64,000 bases of DNA. Source: Candidatus Poseidoniaceae archaeon (GTDB lineage Archaea; Thermoplasmatota; Poseidoniia; Poseidoniales; Poseidoniaceae). Of this stretch, positions 1 through 10,563 are shown piece after piece. The notes under the pieces were generated by a model that worked only from the letters and a program-made list of their open reading frames with translations, was not told the origin of the DNA and ran no database searches. Location of the stretch: positions 70,707 to 134,706 of the forward strand of contig JAOMTZ010000002.1 in NCBI GenBank assembly GCA_028356125.1, in the 5' to 3' direction. Position 1 is the stretch's first letter. Each line of letters starts with the position of its first letter. Made by a program: the position numbers and the translations under genes.

Positions 1-1
1 A

Positions 2-856
2 ATCGAAGCACTTGATGCTGAACGAAATTCAACTATTCGTATGGCAAGAGCAATGCGTGGAGTAATTGATGAAACATCGGATTTACGCAAAGAACACAAA
101 GCGATTATCATAGGACTAAAAGATAGAAACAAGAATCTAGATTCTATCAAAACGCAACGAGATAAAATCAACTCGGACATCATCTTGCCAATTCATATGA
201 TTGAAGATGAATTAGCAAAAGTATACTCTCGCTTAACAGAAGAGATCGATATACACAGAGTCCCTTCCTTAGAAAAAGAAAAAATACAATTCGCATGGTT
301 CCTAGAACTACAAGCCATGCATGGCAAGGCTAGAGAAGCTAGTGAATTACATCAGAGATTCATTAACTTAGTCAAAGAACAAAAGGGCGAAATAAAGAAA
401 CTCAAGGTCTATGAAACCAAGCACGATGAAACAACGATGAAGTTGCTTGAACAAGAGCCTCTTTTGAAGGACAAGAATATCAATTCCAATGAAGCCCGCT
501 CTTACGACCGCAGAGTCCAGAATATCCAAAAAGCACTACGCGAAAGAAGAGGAGAAATGCACAAGTTACGCAGAGAATCTGGAAGACTAGAAGCTTGGAT
601 GAGAAAGAAAAGCAGCGGGCCTCAAGGTGGCCGCCGTGGTGGAAACAATAAACAATTCAAATCTAAATCCAGTAAACCAAAGGAAGCATCTGGACCTATT
701 ACATTGGGCGACCTTTCCGGTTTACTATCTGGTTTATCCACTGATTCTCCTTCGAAGAAAGAAAAGAAGGTAAGTTCGAAGAAAGCCGGGATGAAGAGAT
801 TAGGAAACCTTGGAGCACACAGAGGTTCCCGCTCACACTTCAAAAAGAAGGAATGA
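2..856 (+). CDS. Coiled-coil protein, 5' end cut by window edge; basic Lys/Ser/Gly-rich C-terminal tail
   Basis: The frame is open from nt 2 to the first listed Met (41). The sequence is charged and heptad-like (K/E/R/L-rich) throughout. It is similar in style to ORF 1775-2659. It resembles archaeal COG1340-type coiled-coil proteins, from memory and unverified. Confidence 0.55.
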   Translation: MEALDAERNSTIRMARAMRGVIDETSDLRKEHKAIIIGLKDRNKNLDSIKTQRDKINSDIILPIHMIEDELAKVYSRLTEEIDIHRVPSLEKEKIQFAWFLELQAMHGKAREASELHQRFINLVKEQKGEIKKLKVYETKHDETTMKLLEQEPLLKDKNINSNEARSYDRRVQNIQKALRERRGEMHKLRRESGRLEAWMRKKSSGPQGGRRGGNNKQFKSKSSKPKEASGPITLGDLSGLLSGLSTDSPSKKEKKVSSKKAGMKRLGNLGAHRGSRSHFKKKE

Positions 857-881
857 TGAATCAGAAGCCACCCCGCCAATC

Positions 882-1340
882 ATGGGCGCACAGTGGCACT
901 TGGGACCTAGTCCTAAATCCCTAGATGCAGCCACTGTAGAAATCGTAAAACAATTATTCCTAGATCAAACTGGAGAAGTCTACTCTGAAGCATCGGTCAA
1001 AAGTTTACCAATACCCGAATGGGATGGGAATTTGGTATTATTAGACCAAAATAAAATGCTTAGGGGATTATTATGGACCAATAAATTTAGTCAAACAAGA
1101 GTTCGAATTGTTGCATTTGCAATAGACTCTGACTACAAAGGACAAGGATTTGGAGCCCAGGCTTGGGAACATTTGCTAGTTGCCGCTCGGGCTGACGGTA
1201 TCAAGGAGGTTCAATTAGAGGTCCGAGGAGATAATCAGTTCGCAATCGACTTCTATAGAAGAAGAGGCTTAGAAATAATTATGCCCTTAGAAGGATATTA
1301 CAAAGCCGGAATTGGTTACGTAATGCGAGGAAATATTTGA
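882..1340 (+). CDS. GNAT-family N-acetyltransferase (RimI-like)
   Basis: Acetyl-CoA binding motif region VRIVAFAIDSDYKGQGFGAQAWEHLL...QLEVRGDNQFAIDFYRRRGLEI. The ORF is open from 810, but that part overlaps the upstream gene, so ATG 882 is preferred. Confidence 0.75.
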   Translation: MGAQWHLGPSPKSLDAATVEIVKQLFLDQTGEVYSEASVKSLPIPEWDGNLVLLDQNKMLRGLLWTNKFSQTRVRIVAFAIDSDYKGQGFGAQAWEHLLVAARADGIKEVQLEVRGDNQFAIDFYRRRGLEIIMPLEGYYKAGIGYVMRGNI

Positions 1341-1684
1341 TGCAAATAGTCATCATCCGTCAAGGTCTACACCTAATTGTGGCAAACACCATTATCGAAG
1401 ATTTAGCCGATGGCGAGTGCGTACTTTCCGCTGCTCTGATGGACTCAGAAGGTTTCACCATCGAACGTACGTCCACTGAATTCAAACCAATGGACATGAC
1501 TGAGATACTAGATTTATCTCCGGATTCAAAATTAGTAACAGTAGTGGGGGAACAATCTACAATAATCATTTCACGGATAGAATCGGGTCATTCGATCATT
1601 ATTCAATGCCCAAATAATGGTAATTTGGGCAAGGCTAGAATGAAATTATCTAGAGCTTGTGAAGCAATTATTCCATTCTTGTGA
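1337..1684 (+). CDS. Roadblock/LC7 (MglB-like) domain protein
   Basis: 115 aa. The pattern SAALMDSEGFTIERT...GNLGKARMKLSRACEAI matches the Roadblock/LC7 layout. Its start overlaps the GNAT stop (ATGA-type 4-nt overlap). Confidence 0.5.
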   Translation: MMQIVIIRQGLHLIVANTIIEDLADGECVLSAALMDSEGFTIERTSTEFKPMDMTEILDLSPDSKLVTVVGEQSTIIISRIESGHSIIIQCPNNGNLGKARMKLSRACEAIIPFL

Positions 1685-1774
1685 CATTTCTCCCGTAGGG
1701 AGGCTTCAAATGGGAAAGGTCAGTCGCCCAGTCGCTGATGTACGGGAGTACACTGCGAACAGGTGCGATGGATA

Positions 1775-2659
1775 ATGGCTGAATTGAAGGAAATTCTGGA
1801 CGAGAAGCGAAAATTAGTTGACCAAAAGGCAACTCAGTACCGCACTACTAGAGATGATTGGAACTCCAGAACAAAGGAGCATACAGCCATCAGAAACGAA
1901 CTAAATTCAGAAGTTCGTGAGCTTATCCAAAATGTCCGCCAACAGCGAGAAATCCGCGAACAAATGAATGAATTAGTTCGTGAAAAGAAGTCAATTCGCT
2001 CAGATGCTAACAAAAAAGTCAAGGAAGCAAAATCAATGCTTGACTCTGAAAGAGGAGAAAAAGAGGAACCTGCACCTGCACCTGGACCTAGAGGTCGCCG
2101 TGAACGCAAGGTTACAGTACATTCTCTTCGCAGGGATTTACAAAAACTAGAGGCTGAATTCGAGCGTGGAGCTCACACTGGCCAAAACGAAGTCAAGGTA
2201 ATGAAGCGAATGAAAGAAATTTCAGTCCAAATCCGTAAGATGAAATCTTCTGAAGATTCCAATGGAGATCTCAAAGAAGCAAGAGGCATGCTAAGAGAAG
2301 CAATGGTTCTGCAAGAAGAAGCACACGTCGAAGTCCAGAAAGCAGCACAAGCGGCTCAAGAAGCGCACGAGTTGATGCTACAATGGAACAAAGAAGTCGA
2401 CAGACAGCGTGAGCAAGCAGAAGACGCTCACCGTGAATTGAGAAAGTCAAAGAAAGAAGCAGATAAAGCACATCACTTCTACATCGTTTCCCTACGTTGC
2501 TTACACTCAATCCAAGACATGCTAAGAGCCATGAGAGGCGCATCATCTAGTGATGGTCAGCGTGGAGCACGTGTCGAAGTTCAAGACTTGATGAGCAAGT
2601 TGATGAGCGGAGAAACTCTGTCCACTGATGAATTAATGCAATTACAACGCTTTGATTAA
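1775..2659 (+). CDS. Coiled-coil protein, paralogous in type to 2-856
   Basis: 294-298 aa of K/E/R/Q-rich heptad-like sequence with a PAPAPGPRGRR hinge. The ORF opens at GTG 1763; ATG 1775 (MAELKE) is the likelier start. Confidence 0.6.
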   Translation: MAELKEILDEKRKLVDQKATQYRTTRDDWNSRTKEHTAIRNELNSEVRELIQNVRQQREIREQMNELVREKKSIRSDANKKVKEAKSMLDSERGEKEEPAPAPGPRGRRERKVTVHSLRRDLQKLEAEFERGAHTGQNEVKVMKRMKEISVQIRKMKSSEDSNGDLKEARGMLREAMVLQEEAHVEVQKAAQAAQEAHELMLQWNKEVDRQREQAEDAHRELRKSKKEADKAHHFYIVSLRCLHSIQDMLRAMRGASSSDGQRGARVEVQDLMSKLMSGETLSTDELMQLQRFD

Positions 2660-2707
2660 CTTCAAAGGCCATCTCGGACACCATCATAGCAAGGGAGGAG
2701 TTATTTC

Positions 2708-3865
2708 ATGATAGAAAAAGACGAGATTGCAGGAATTATCGAGGATTATGCGCGCCTTAAGTTACGCATTGGAATGACCGCCAGCCACTCTGCTCTAGAC
2801 ATATGTGATGGAGCAATTGAAGAAGGTTTTCCGACTGTAGCATATTGCCAAGAAGGTAGAGATAAGACCTACTCTCAGTATTTCAAAACTCAAAGAACAT
2901 CCTCCGGTAGAGTACGAAGAGGAATGGTTGACAAAGCAATTGTAATGAATTCGTTTAACGATGTAATGCAACCTCAAATGCAAGAAGAGATGAGAAAGCG
3001 TAATGTCGTTTACATCCCTAACAGGTCATTCACCTCTTACTCAACTATTGATGATGTTGAGAATAATTTCCATGTACCAATGTTTGGTTCGAGGAATATG
3101 CTTAGAATGGAAGAAAGAACTGAGGAGCAAGATTACTACTGGATTCTTGACAAAGCAGGACTACCATATCCAGAAGCTATCGCAGACCCTCAGGACATTG
3201 ATTGTTTAGTAATAGTCAAATTACACCATGCGCAAAAGAAACTCGAGCGTGGATTCTTCACCTGTGCTTCCTACAAGGAGTACGTAGAGAAGAGTGAAAC
3301 ATTGCTTAAGGAAGGCACAATTGATCAAGAAAGCCTTGACGGCGCACGTATTGAAAAATATGTCATCGGTCCGGTATTCAACCTCAACTTCTTCTATTCG
3401 CCCCTGGAAGAAGACATGCCAAAACTCGAACTTTTAGGTGTTGACTGGAGATTCGAATCATCACTTGACGGCCATGTAAGATTACCTGCGCCTCAGCAAA
3501 TGACCATGCCTGCACATCAGCAGATCCCAGAGATGACAGTTGTTGGACACAACACTGCTACAATCAGGGAATCTTTACTTGAGACGGCATTCGAACTTGG
3601 AGAGAAATTCATTACTGCTTCAAAGGAACACTACGACCCAGGTATTATCGGTCCATTCTGTCTGCAAACTTGTATCGACAAAGACATGAATTATGCAATT
3701 TATGACGTAGCACCACGTTTAGGTGGCGGCACAAATGTTCACGTGTCGGTTGGACACCCATATGGTAATGCAACTTGGAGAAAGCCTGTTTCGTCAGGTC
3801 GTAGAATTGCAATGGAGTTGCGAAGAGCAGTAGAACAGGACAGATTGCTTGAAGTTCTAACATGA
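2708..3865 (+). CDS. purP: 5-formaminoimidazole-4-carboxamide ribonucleotide (FAICAR) synthetase, archaeal PurP, ATP-grasp
   Basis: The N-terminal motif IGMTASHSALDICDGAIEEGFPTVAYC and the C-terminal PRLGGGTNVHVSVGHPYG are typical of PurP. A GGGAGGAG Shine-Dalgarno sequence lies 7 nt upstream. Confidence 0.85.
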   Translation: MIEKDEIAGIIEDYARLKLRIGMTASHSALDICDGAIEEGFPTVAYCQEGRDKTYSQYFKTQRTSSGRVRRGMVDKAIVMNSFNDVMQPQMQEEMRKRNVVYIPNRSFTSYSTIDDVENNFHVPMFGSRNMLRMEERTEEQDYYWILDKAGLPYPEAIADPQDIDCLVIVKLHHAQKKLERGFFTCASYKEYVEKSETLLKEGTIDQESLDGARIEKYVIGPVFNLNFFYSPLEEDMPKLELLGVDWRFESSLDGHVRLPAPQQMTMPAHQQIPEMTVVGHNTATIRESLLETAFELGEKFITASKEHYDPGIIGPFCLQTCIDKDMNYAIYDVAPRLGGGTNVHVSVGHPYGNATWRKPVSSGRRIAMELRRAVEQDRLLEVLT

Positions 3866-3868
3866 TAG

Positions 3869-5377
3869 GTGTCTGATATGGACATCTGGGTTCTAGCATC
3901 ATTCTTACTATTCCTCCTGATATTTGCCGGGGTAGGAATGGCCTCAATTTTTGTAAAAGAAAATACAACTGATGACTATTTAGTTGCAGGAAGGGGAATG
4001 CATCCAGCATTGGCTGCATTGAGTGCTGTATCAACATGGAATTCAGGATACATGTTCATTGGATTTATCGGATTTATGTGGATGTATGGATATTCAGCAA
4101 TTTGGATTTCATTAATTTCAACTTTAGGTCAGCTAGTAGCTTGGATTTGGCTTTACAAAAGAATCCAACATGAGGCTAATGAGAGGAATGTTAGATCACT
4201 TTCTAGTTTAGTCGCTAAAGTCAAAGGTGCCCCAGAGGCGAAACTTGCTGCACTCTTTTCTGTAATGTTCCTACTTATCTATGCAGCAGCGCAACTATCC
4301 AGTGGAGGAAAGGCCCTTTTCGCAATGTTAGGTTGGTCACAAGTAGTTGGAATCCTCATCGGTTACATGTTGGTTATTTTGTACTGTACTGCAGGCGGAA
4401 TCAGAGCATCAATTTGGACTGATGCTGCACAATCATGTGTGATGATTATTGGATCGACACTACTCTGTTGGGTTGCAATGGGAGAGATTGGAGGGTTCTC
4501 AGGTATGCATGCATCGCTAACAGCGATTGACCCTAATCTTACTGACATTGCACCACAAGGTTTGAAATTTGGATTTTCACTTTGGGTATTTGCCTTCTTC
4601 CTTGGAGGGGTAGGGGTTGCTGGTCAACCTCAAGTCGTAAGCAGAATAATGACTCTCGAGTCCGATTCAGACCGCAAGAAGGCATGTGTTTGGTTCTTCG
4701 TATGGCAAACACCGTTCTTGATTCTCATGGTTCTTATTGGTCTAGCAAGCAGAGTCATGTTCCCCGTCGAGGGCTCTTTCGACCCTGAATTAGCATTGCC
4801 ACTTTTGGCAATGGATGTTCTTGGACCATTCTGGGTTGGTGTAATCCTCGCTTCGATATTTGCTGCGACAATGTCTACTGCAGATAGTCAAGTTCTTGCA
4901 TGCACTGCTGCAATAACAGACGATTTAATTCCAAGTTGGGCACAGGACCACTCCAAAACCAAACTTACCACAGTGACAATGGCAATTTTGGCGACAGCGA
5001 TATCTTTGGGTGCATTATGGACAGAAAATAACTCAGTATTCAGCTTAGTAGTACTGGCAGTATACGGTTTAGGAGGGATTTTCATCCCACTACTGGTAGT
5101 TCGCTTTTCAGGATATCAGCCGTCGTCTTCGCACTCAATTATCATGATGGTAAGTGCACTTACGGGAGTTATTACTTGGAGGATTCTTGGACTCAATGAT
5201 GAGATATTCGAATCTGTTCCAGGAATGGGAGCGGCTTTTATTGCTCACTTCGTGTTACTATGGGTAAAAAAAGACCCATGGCTGAAAGAATGCTTACCAA
5301 GCCGAGACAAATTTATTACAATAACTGGTATAATTATCGCTTGTGTTGTAGCAATCGAGTTGTGGTATTTCATCTGA
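3869..5377 (+). CDS. Sodium:solute symporter family transporter (PutP/PanF-like)
   Basis: About 13 hydrophobic helices. The SSF-type motif AGRGMHPALAALSAVSTWNSGYMFIG is near the N-terminus. The GTG at 3869 or the ATG at 3878 are possible starts. Confidence 0.8.
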   Translation: MSDMDIWVLASFLLFLLIFAGVGMASIFVKENTTDDYLVAGRGMHPALAALSAVSTWNSGYMFIGFIGFMWMYGYSAIWISLISTLGQLVAWIWLYKRIQHEANERNVRSLSSLVAKVKGAPEAKLAALFSVMFLLIYAAAQLSSGGKALFAMLGWSQVVGILIGYMLVILYCTAGGIRASIWTDAAQSCVMIIGSTLLCWVAMGEIGGFSGMHASLTAIDPNLTDIAPQGLKFGFSLWVFAFFLGGVGVAGQPQVVSRIMTLESDSDRKKACVWFFVWQTPFLILMVLIGLASRVMFPVEGSFDPELALPLLAMDVLGPFWVGVILASIFAATMSTADSQVLACTAAITDDLIPSWAQDHSKTKLTTVTMAILATAISLGALWTENNSVFSLVVLAVYGLGGIFIPLLVVRFSGYQPSSSHSIIMMVSALTGVITWRILGLNDEIFESVPGMGAAFIAHFVLLWVKKDPWLKECLPSRDKFITITGIIIACVVAIELWYFI

Positions 5378-6173
5378 GATCGAATACGTCTCCTTCATTG
5401 CCTACTTTCCAGCCCAATTCAGTTACAGGTGTCGGATCTCTACAAAGTGGGTTGGTGTGGTTCAGGTGAATGAACACTACATCCCCATCTCCTTCTCTTC
5501 TTTCCCCTAGCATCTGTAGGGTTTGCTCTACAGGGGGATGCGGCACATCATCCTGGTTACGGTGCTTCAATTCATCTTGACTGAAAAATGTACCATCTAT
5601 CAAAGCGATATCTACTTCCAAATGATTGAGCCAAGCACGTAAATCATGCTCTCTAAGAGTTTCTTGCCAAGTGTCATGATCAGGAAGGAACAGTAGAGTT
5701 TTTTCTGCTTTAATCAAATAAGCATGCATATCCGAAAGTTCCGCTCTATGTGGCACTTCCAGTGCCTCAACTGTTACACCAGGTAACTGGACGAGTGATG
5801 CGGTTCGAGGAGAAAAAACTCCGTGTGATAACAAAATCGACCAATTCGGTGTTCTCTCAATCAAATCCAACATACTCTTAGAACAATGTAATGAGATTCC
5901 TTGTGCATTCATTGTCTCTTTGCCAAATAAACCTAAGCCATCAACATGTCCAAAATGAGCATGAGTCAAGAATAGTGAATCTACTGAATCAACTTTCCAA
6001 ATACGTAACTGCTCTCCAAGATAACGAGTTGCTTCAAACAGATGTTTTCCACCTTCTGCATCTGTCAAACCAATCGAAACTGGGTATCTTTGTTCTAAAT
6101 CTGTACAACAATTGCATCCAACTTGGGGTACACCCCCATCTTGGGCACTACCCAACAAGGTCACAGTAACCAT
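5370..6173 (-). CDS. PqqB-like metallo-beta-lactamase-fold protein
   Basis: The N-terminus VTLLGSAQDGGVPQVGCNCC resembles the PqqB N-terminus. An LTHAHFGHVDGL HxHxDH-like motif is present. No other pqq genes lie nearby. The gene converges on the symporter gene with an 8-nt overlap. Confidence 0.65.
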   Translation of the reverse strand: MVTVTLLGSAQDGGVPQVGCNCCTDLEQRYPVSIGLTDAEGGKHLFEATRYLGEQLRIWKVDSVDSLFLTHAHFGHVDGLGLFGKETMNAQGISLHCSKSMLDLIERTPNWSILLSHGVFSPRTASLVQLPGVTVEALEVPHRAELSDMHAYLIKAEKTLLFLPDHDTWQETLREHDLRAWLNHLEVDIALIDGTFFSQDELKHRNQDDVPHPPVEQTLQMLGERREGDGDVVFIHLNHTNPLCRDPTPVTELGWKVGNEGDVFDLR

Positions 6174-6182
6174 TTGAAAGCC

Positions 6183-9100
6183 TCAAATCTTGCGTACCCA
6201 TTGCCTAGTAGTCGGGTCACGCATGTACCAAGCACCACTGGACGCAGGGAATTCTAGCCACTCATTTCCATCAGACCTCATTGTACCAACATCGTAGAAT
6301 GTTGGACCTAGTGGAGCCTGCTGTGGCATTACCGCTTGACCTGGCAATGCTGCTAGATTAGGAGAAGCCGCTGCTTGTTGCGCGACTACAGGGTGTACTG
6401 GTTGGACTGGTTGTTGATACTGAGAGTATGCTGGCTGCTGTGGAGCAACAGCTTGTGCATACAGCCCGCTATTTGCTGGCATTGCTGACATATCAGGCAT
6501 AGCAGGTTGTGCATTCATATCTGGCATCATTGGAGCATTATTCCAATCCTTCTCACCTTCATCTGAATCCATTCTTCTCATTATTAGCAATCCCGCCATA
6601 ATAATTACAAGTAGAACTCCGACTCCAATTCCCCCGTAAGCTAGGATGCTACCACCTGATGATTCTTCGACCTTTGCTTCGCAACCGTCCTCTTTCGCAA
6701 CACCGGCTATTTCTGGGCAAAGGTCAGGATTCTTACCTTTCGGATTATCTCCAAAACCATCTCCATCTGTGTCGTTCCACTGCGAAGAATCTTCAGGGAA
6801 CTTGTCAATCAAATCTGCCCAACCATCATTATCAGTGTCTACACATCCAAGGACTCCACCTTTGTATGAGAACCCTGCAGTTTCGATACAATTGTCCGCA
6901 GATGTTCCTTGTGGGTTATCGCCATATTGGTCACCATCAATATTGGACCATTGAGTTGGGTCTGTAGGATTCCAGTCAGTACCATCAATCGGGTCACCAT
7001 AACCATCCATATCGAAATCAGGACAGCCAAGAACATCGATTGTGGAGTACCCTTCTACTTCTGGACAGTTATCATAACCATCTGCTATTCCATCACCATC
7101 TGTATCTTCGTATTCGTTAGCATCTGCTGGGAATGCATCCATGAAGTTAGCCCAACCATCACCATCGCCATCGGGACAACCTAAGATGTCATCTTGCCAA
7201 GAATTGCCTGCTAAAGTGGGACATGCGTCTTGGTCTCTGGAATATTGATAATACTCTCCAGGCCAATTTGTATTACGGTCAGACCATGATAAATTACCAT
7301 AGTTGTCACCAAATCCATCTTCATCCCAATCCGACCATTGTGTTTCATCAGTAGGGAATGCATCAGCACCATCTCCTATTGACCAAGAAGAATCTTCAGA
7401 CGAATAACCATCATTATCTGGGTCTGGGCATCCATACCGATCTAGAACTGATGTACCAGATGTGTCGATACAAGCGTCCGGAGTATTTCCATCCTGATTA
7501 TCACCGTATCCGTCTCCGTCGACATCACTCCATTGTGTATTGTCATTAGGAAGATCATCGTCGATGTTGGCCCAACCATCACCATCAGTGTCTGGACACG
7601 CTAGTGTCCCACCAAGTGATGAATTCCCAAAAGAGTCAGGGCAGCTATCTTCAATATTAGCCCAACCGTCTCCATCTGAATCTTCACATCCTTGATATGC
7701 GCCTAGACTTGAGGTTCCTGCGACTTTATTGCAATCATCTGCTGCATCATCATAACCATCACCATCGTCATCCAGATCTTCATCTGCATCTCTGCAGCCA
7801 TCGCTATCAATGTCATTGGAAGAATCGGAAGACCACCAATTGCGAGGAGGAGAGTAAGAACTCAAACAGTCATCATTTGAATCCTCAATACCATCATTGT
7901 CATCATCATTATCTTCGCTAGAGTCTTTACATCCATCATTATCGAAATCAGTTGTAGAATCACTAGTCCAATTCCAAGCGCCGCCTCTTGGGCAATCATC
8001 ACCTGAGTTATCTGTGATTCCATCATTATCATCATCATAATCGCATTCGTCACCATTTCCATCAAGGTCGCTATCTATTTGCAAAGGATTGTTCGTATTT
8101 GGACAATTATCTGTTAAGTCATTTACACCGTCGTTATCGCTGTCTGCATTGTTGGTTGGATCAAGAGTCCAAATAACAAGGTCGAGACCCCAGGTACTAG
8201 TTACAGACTGAGTTCCTTTGTTGATAGTTGATTGGAAGGAACCGAAAGCCGCAGGTACATCGGTGTAATTGACTGCCAAACCTGCAAACAAGTCGTCACT
8301 AGTACTTCCTAAGTTTTCCACCCAATCCCAGTTTCCTGAACTATCTAATTGAGCCATGTATAGGTCTAATCCACCATTAGTATTGGCGACATGTATTCCG
8401 AAATCTGTTGGACCAGAAATCATTCCACCTGCGATAAAATCTCCAGATGAGGTCTCAGCAATCGAGTAAACTCTCTGAGTACCTGTGCTACTACCAGCAC
8501 TTGTGGCCCAAGAACTAGTACCGGTTTTGAGAATCTTGACGACGTAAGCATCTCCCTGGCCTTTATCGGTTAGAGTATTTTGATTACCGGCATCTAATGA
8601 ACCTAAGAAGACTCCAGATACAACTACATCATCATTCTGAGTTACAATCAAATCCTCTGGAAGATTAACTTCACCCGCCCCACTTGCTAAGCCAATTACG
8701 TCTTGTACAACTCCTCCCGGGCTCCATTTGATGACTAATGTGTCTGTATTGCTAACCGCTTGATGAGATTTACCATTAGATGAGAATGTACCATCAGTAG
8801 TACCTGCTTGCCAAATATTCCCTGAAGAGTCTACGGCTACTTCTCCTCCATTCTCAGCACCAATACCTCCGGCAGTAGAAACCCAGTTTAGACTACCAGT
8901 CATCCGATCAAACTCAGCTACAAAGAGTTCAGAATCAGTATTGTTTTTGCTAATACCTCCGAAATCTGTGACCCCTTTCTGAGTACCGGATACGACCAAA
9001 TCTCCCGAAACTGTTTCCTGTAAACCTTCGACACTACTACTGTTTGGACTTGTGCTATTTTCGACATAAGGTGAAGTGAACATTACCGCCCACAACCACT

Positions 9101-9611
9101 GCCCGTTGAATGCATCCACTTTAGCTATGAATCCGTCACCATACTGGTTTTGACTACGTAATACTGTCGAACCAAAAGATACCTCGCCTACAATCACGCC
9201 TCCAATGTAAACATCGCCCATAACCGATGTTGTCAAACATGTCAACACGGTCAATCCTAAAGATGCATCAGGCATTACTGCCCAGTTCCAGTTGCCCTGG
9301 TTATCTAAAGATGCGACATAAGAGTCTGCATCCAATTGAGTATTGTAGGGGGATGTCGATTGTACTTGGTTAGAACCGAAGGTCATAGTGTGCCTAGTAT
9401 TGCCGGCTACGATCCAACCATCAGGTGTAGCCCCGATTTGTGTGCCATTAACATGACCAAAAGTCGAGCCTGCTTGAACCAAAAATTCAGGTTCAGAATC
9501 AGCATATGATACTGAAACAACATCTGTTAGTTCGATATCATTGGACACGGGAATAATACTCGCAAGAAGGATAGAGATTATTGCAAGACTCAATACCGCA
9601 CGATAGCGCAT
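6183..9611 (-). CDS. Large exported surface protein: SBBP-type beta-propeller repeats, thrombospondin type-3 Ca-binding repeats, TM anchor and Pro/Gln-rich cytoplasmic tail
   Basis: There is an N-terminal signal/anchor ([18 protein letters not shown]). SBBP-like repeats are present (e.g. [22 protein letters not shown]). There are more than 15 DxDxDGxxDxxDxCP repeats. A TM helix ([18 protein letters not shown]) is followed by a P/Q/M-rich tail. Confidence 0.8.
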   Translation of the reverse strand: MRYRAVLSLAIISILLASIIPVSNDIELTDVVSVSYADSEPEFLVQAGSTFGHVNGTQIGATPDGWIVAGNTRHTMTFGSNQVQSTSPYNTQLDADSYVASLDNQGNWNWAVMPDASLGLTVLTCLTTSVMGDVYIGGVIVGEVSFGSTVLRSQNQYGDGFIAKVDAFNGQWLWAVMFTSPYVENSTSPNSSSVEGLQETVSGDLVVSGTQKGVTDFGGISKNNTDSELFVAEFDRMTGSLNWVSTAGGIGAENGGEVAVDSSGNIWQAGTTDGTFSSNGKSHQAVSNTDTLVIKWSPGGVVQDVIGLASGAGEVNLPEDLIVTQNDDVVVSGVFLGSLDAGNQNTLTDKGQGDAYVVKILKTGTSSWATSAGSSTGTQRVYSIAETSSGDFIAGGMISGPTDFGIHVANTNGGLDLYMAQLDSSGNWDWVENLGSTSDDLFAGLAVNYTDVPAAFGSFQSTINKGTQSVTSTWGLDLVIWTLDPTNNADSDNDGVNDLTDNCPNTNNPLQIDSDLDGNGDECDYDDDNDGITDNSGDDCPRGGAWNWTSDSTTDFDNDGCKDSSEDNDDDNDGIEDSNDDCLSSYSPPRNWWSSDSSNDIDSDGCRDADEDLDDDGDGYDDAADDCNKVAGTSSLGAYQGCEDSDGDGWANIEDSCPDSFGNSSLGGTLACPDTDGDGWANIDDDLPNDNTQWSDVDGDGYGDNQDGNTPDACIDTSGTSVLDRYGCPDPDNDGYSSEDSSWSIGDGADAFPTDETQWSDWDEDGFGDNYGNLSWSDRNTNWPGEYYQYSRDQDACPTLAGNSWQDDILGCPDGDGDGWANFMDAFPADANEYEDTDGDGIADGYDNCPEVEGYSTIDVLGCPDFDMDGYGDPIDGTDWNPTDPTQWSNIDGDQYGDNPQGTSADNCIETAGFSYKGGVLGCVDTDNDGWADLIDKFPEDSSQWNDTDGDGFGDNPKGKNPDLCPEIAGVAKEDGCEAKVEESSGGSILAYGGIGVGVLLVIIMAGLLIMRRMDSDEGEKDWNNAPMMPDMNAQPAMPDMSAMPANSGLYAQAVAPQQPAYSQYQQPVQPVHPVVAQQAAASPNLAALPGQAVMPQQAPLGPTFYDVGTMRSDGNEWLEFPASSGAWYMRDPTTRQWVRKI

Positions 9612-9648
9612 GACCTATGGTCATGAAACTGGCTCAAGAAGTCTTTGC

Positions 9649-10533
9649 CTAGAAGTTTGAATGGACATTACCTGTCACGCCGTTCAAAACCCACTCTTTA
9701 CCAAGAGAATCAACACCTTTGTGGGCAGGTACTAACACCTTGTACTCAGTTCTATTAGAAGATGATTCATCAAACTTCCACCAGCGTAGTAAATCACCCA
9801 TTCCATCAGAGAAAGCACGGCGTTCTGAAAGTACATCGGCAAAAATTGGGCTTTCCTCGATTGGCAGGTGTTCATGATTCAGCATTGGAGACCTTTCCAA
9901 CAATTCAACATCATCGATAACATGGAGACCATCACAATTCAGTACCCACCTAATTATTTCATCTTCCACAGGTCCCTTAAGCGTGCCAGTAACTCTGTAA
10001 AGAATGGCAGGAATAAGTACTGGTTTAGCCATTGAGACATCATATCCTTTCTTCTCTAACGCTGAGAAATCATTCAATGGCTTCAATGTGAATGGACCTT
10101 TGCCAGAGAATAATTCAGGTACTTCTGAATTCTCCTCAACTACCAACTGTTCAACGATTACTAAACTACCATCTAATACTGCATGTCCGATGAAAGCTGC
10201 AAGTTTGTCTTGAGGCCAGATTGACAAAATCCTTCCACCCCTTGAAGGTGAATCTTTCAGATCAAATGTCATTTTTCGCTCTACAATAATCAGGTGGTCG
10301 CCTCTTGGAGCATCGAATAACCATGATTCAATACCTACTAAATCAAGAGGAGCAAATCCTTGACCAGAGGTCCAAACCTCCATGCCTTCGACCAAACCTT
10401 GTTGAGAATGTTCTGGAGAGACGTCCAATAGTCGACCAAGCCATGTAATTACTCCAGGAGATGTGATAGGAGGAGAATCGGTGTCAAGGCTGACGCCCAA
10501 CTTTCTCATCACAGCGACGAGGTCAAGGCCCAT
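9649..10533 (-). CDS. Hypothetical protein (no recognisable family)
   Basis: A 294-aa ORF on the same strand, directly downstream of rpl30e. No motifs are recognisable by eye. Confidence 0.5.
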   Translation of the reverse strand: MGLDLVAVMRKLGVSLDTDSPPITSPGVITWLGRLLDVSPEHSQQGLVEGMEVWTSGQGFAPLDLVGIESWLFDAPRGDHLIIVERKMTFDLKDSPSRGGRILSIWPQDKLAAFIGHAVLDGSLVIVEQLVVEENSEVPELFSGKGPFTLKPLNDFSALEKKGYDVSMAKPVLIPAILYRVTGTLKGPVEDEIIRWVLNCDGLHVIDDVELLERSPMLNHEHLPIEESPIFADVLSERRAFSDGMGDLLRWWKFDESSSNRTEYKVLVPAHKGVDSLGKEWVLNGVTGNVHSNF

Positions 10534-10563
10534 GGCCTTTCCAAAGTCTCTCCGTCTTTAGTT

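Noticed and set aside
3645-4037. 130-aa minus-strand ORF spanning the purP/symporter junction
   Set aside because: It overlaps two well-supported + strand genes and has no motifs.
6646-8065. Several 60-100-aa ORFs on both strands inside the TSP3-repeat region, some His-rich
   Set aside because: They are alternative-frame or antisense readings of the GAT/GAC-rich repeat DNA of the 1142-aa gene and show low-complexity artefacts.
6700-8150. Repetitive DNA examined as a possible CRISPR array or tandem repeat
   Set aside because: The repeats are degenerate, in-frame and variable in length. They encode DxDxDGxxDxxD calcium-binding units and show no constant repeat/spacer periodicity. The same conclusion holds for 55400-57400.
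9611-9623. TGACC-TAT-GGTCA hairpin, considered as a fourth member of the post-stop hairpin family
   Set aside because: The stem sequence is different, with no CCC/GGG core. It also overlaps the start codon region of the 1142-aa gene rather than following a stop closely. It was not grouped with the others.
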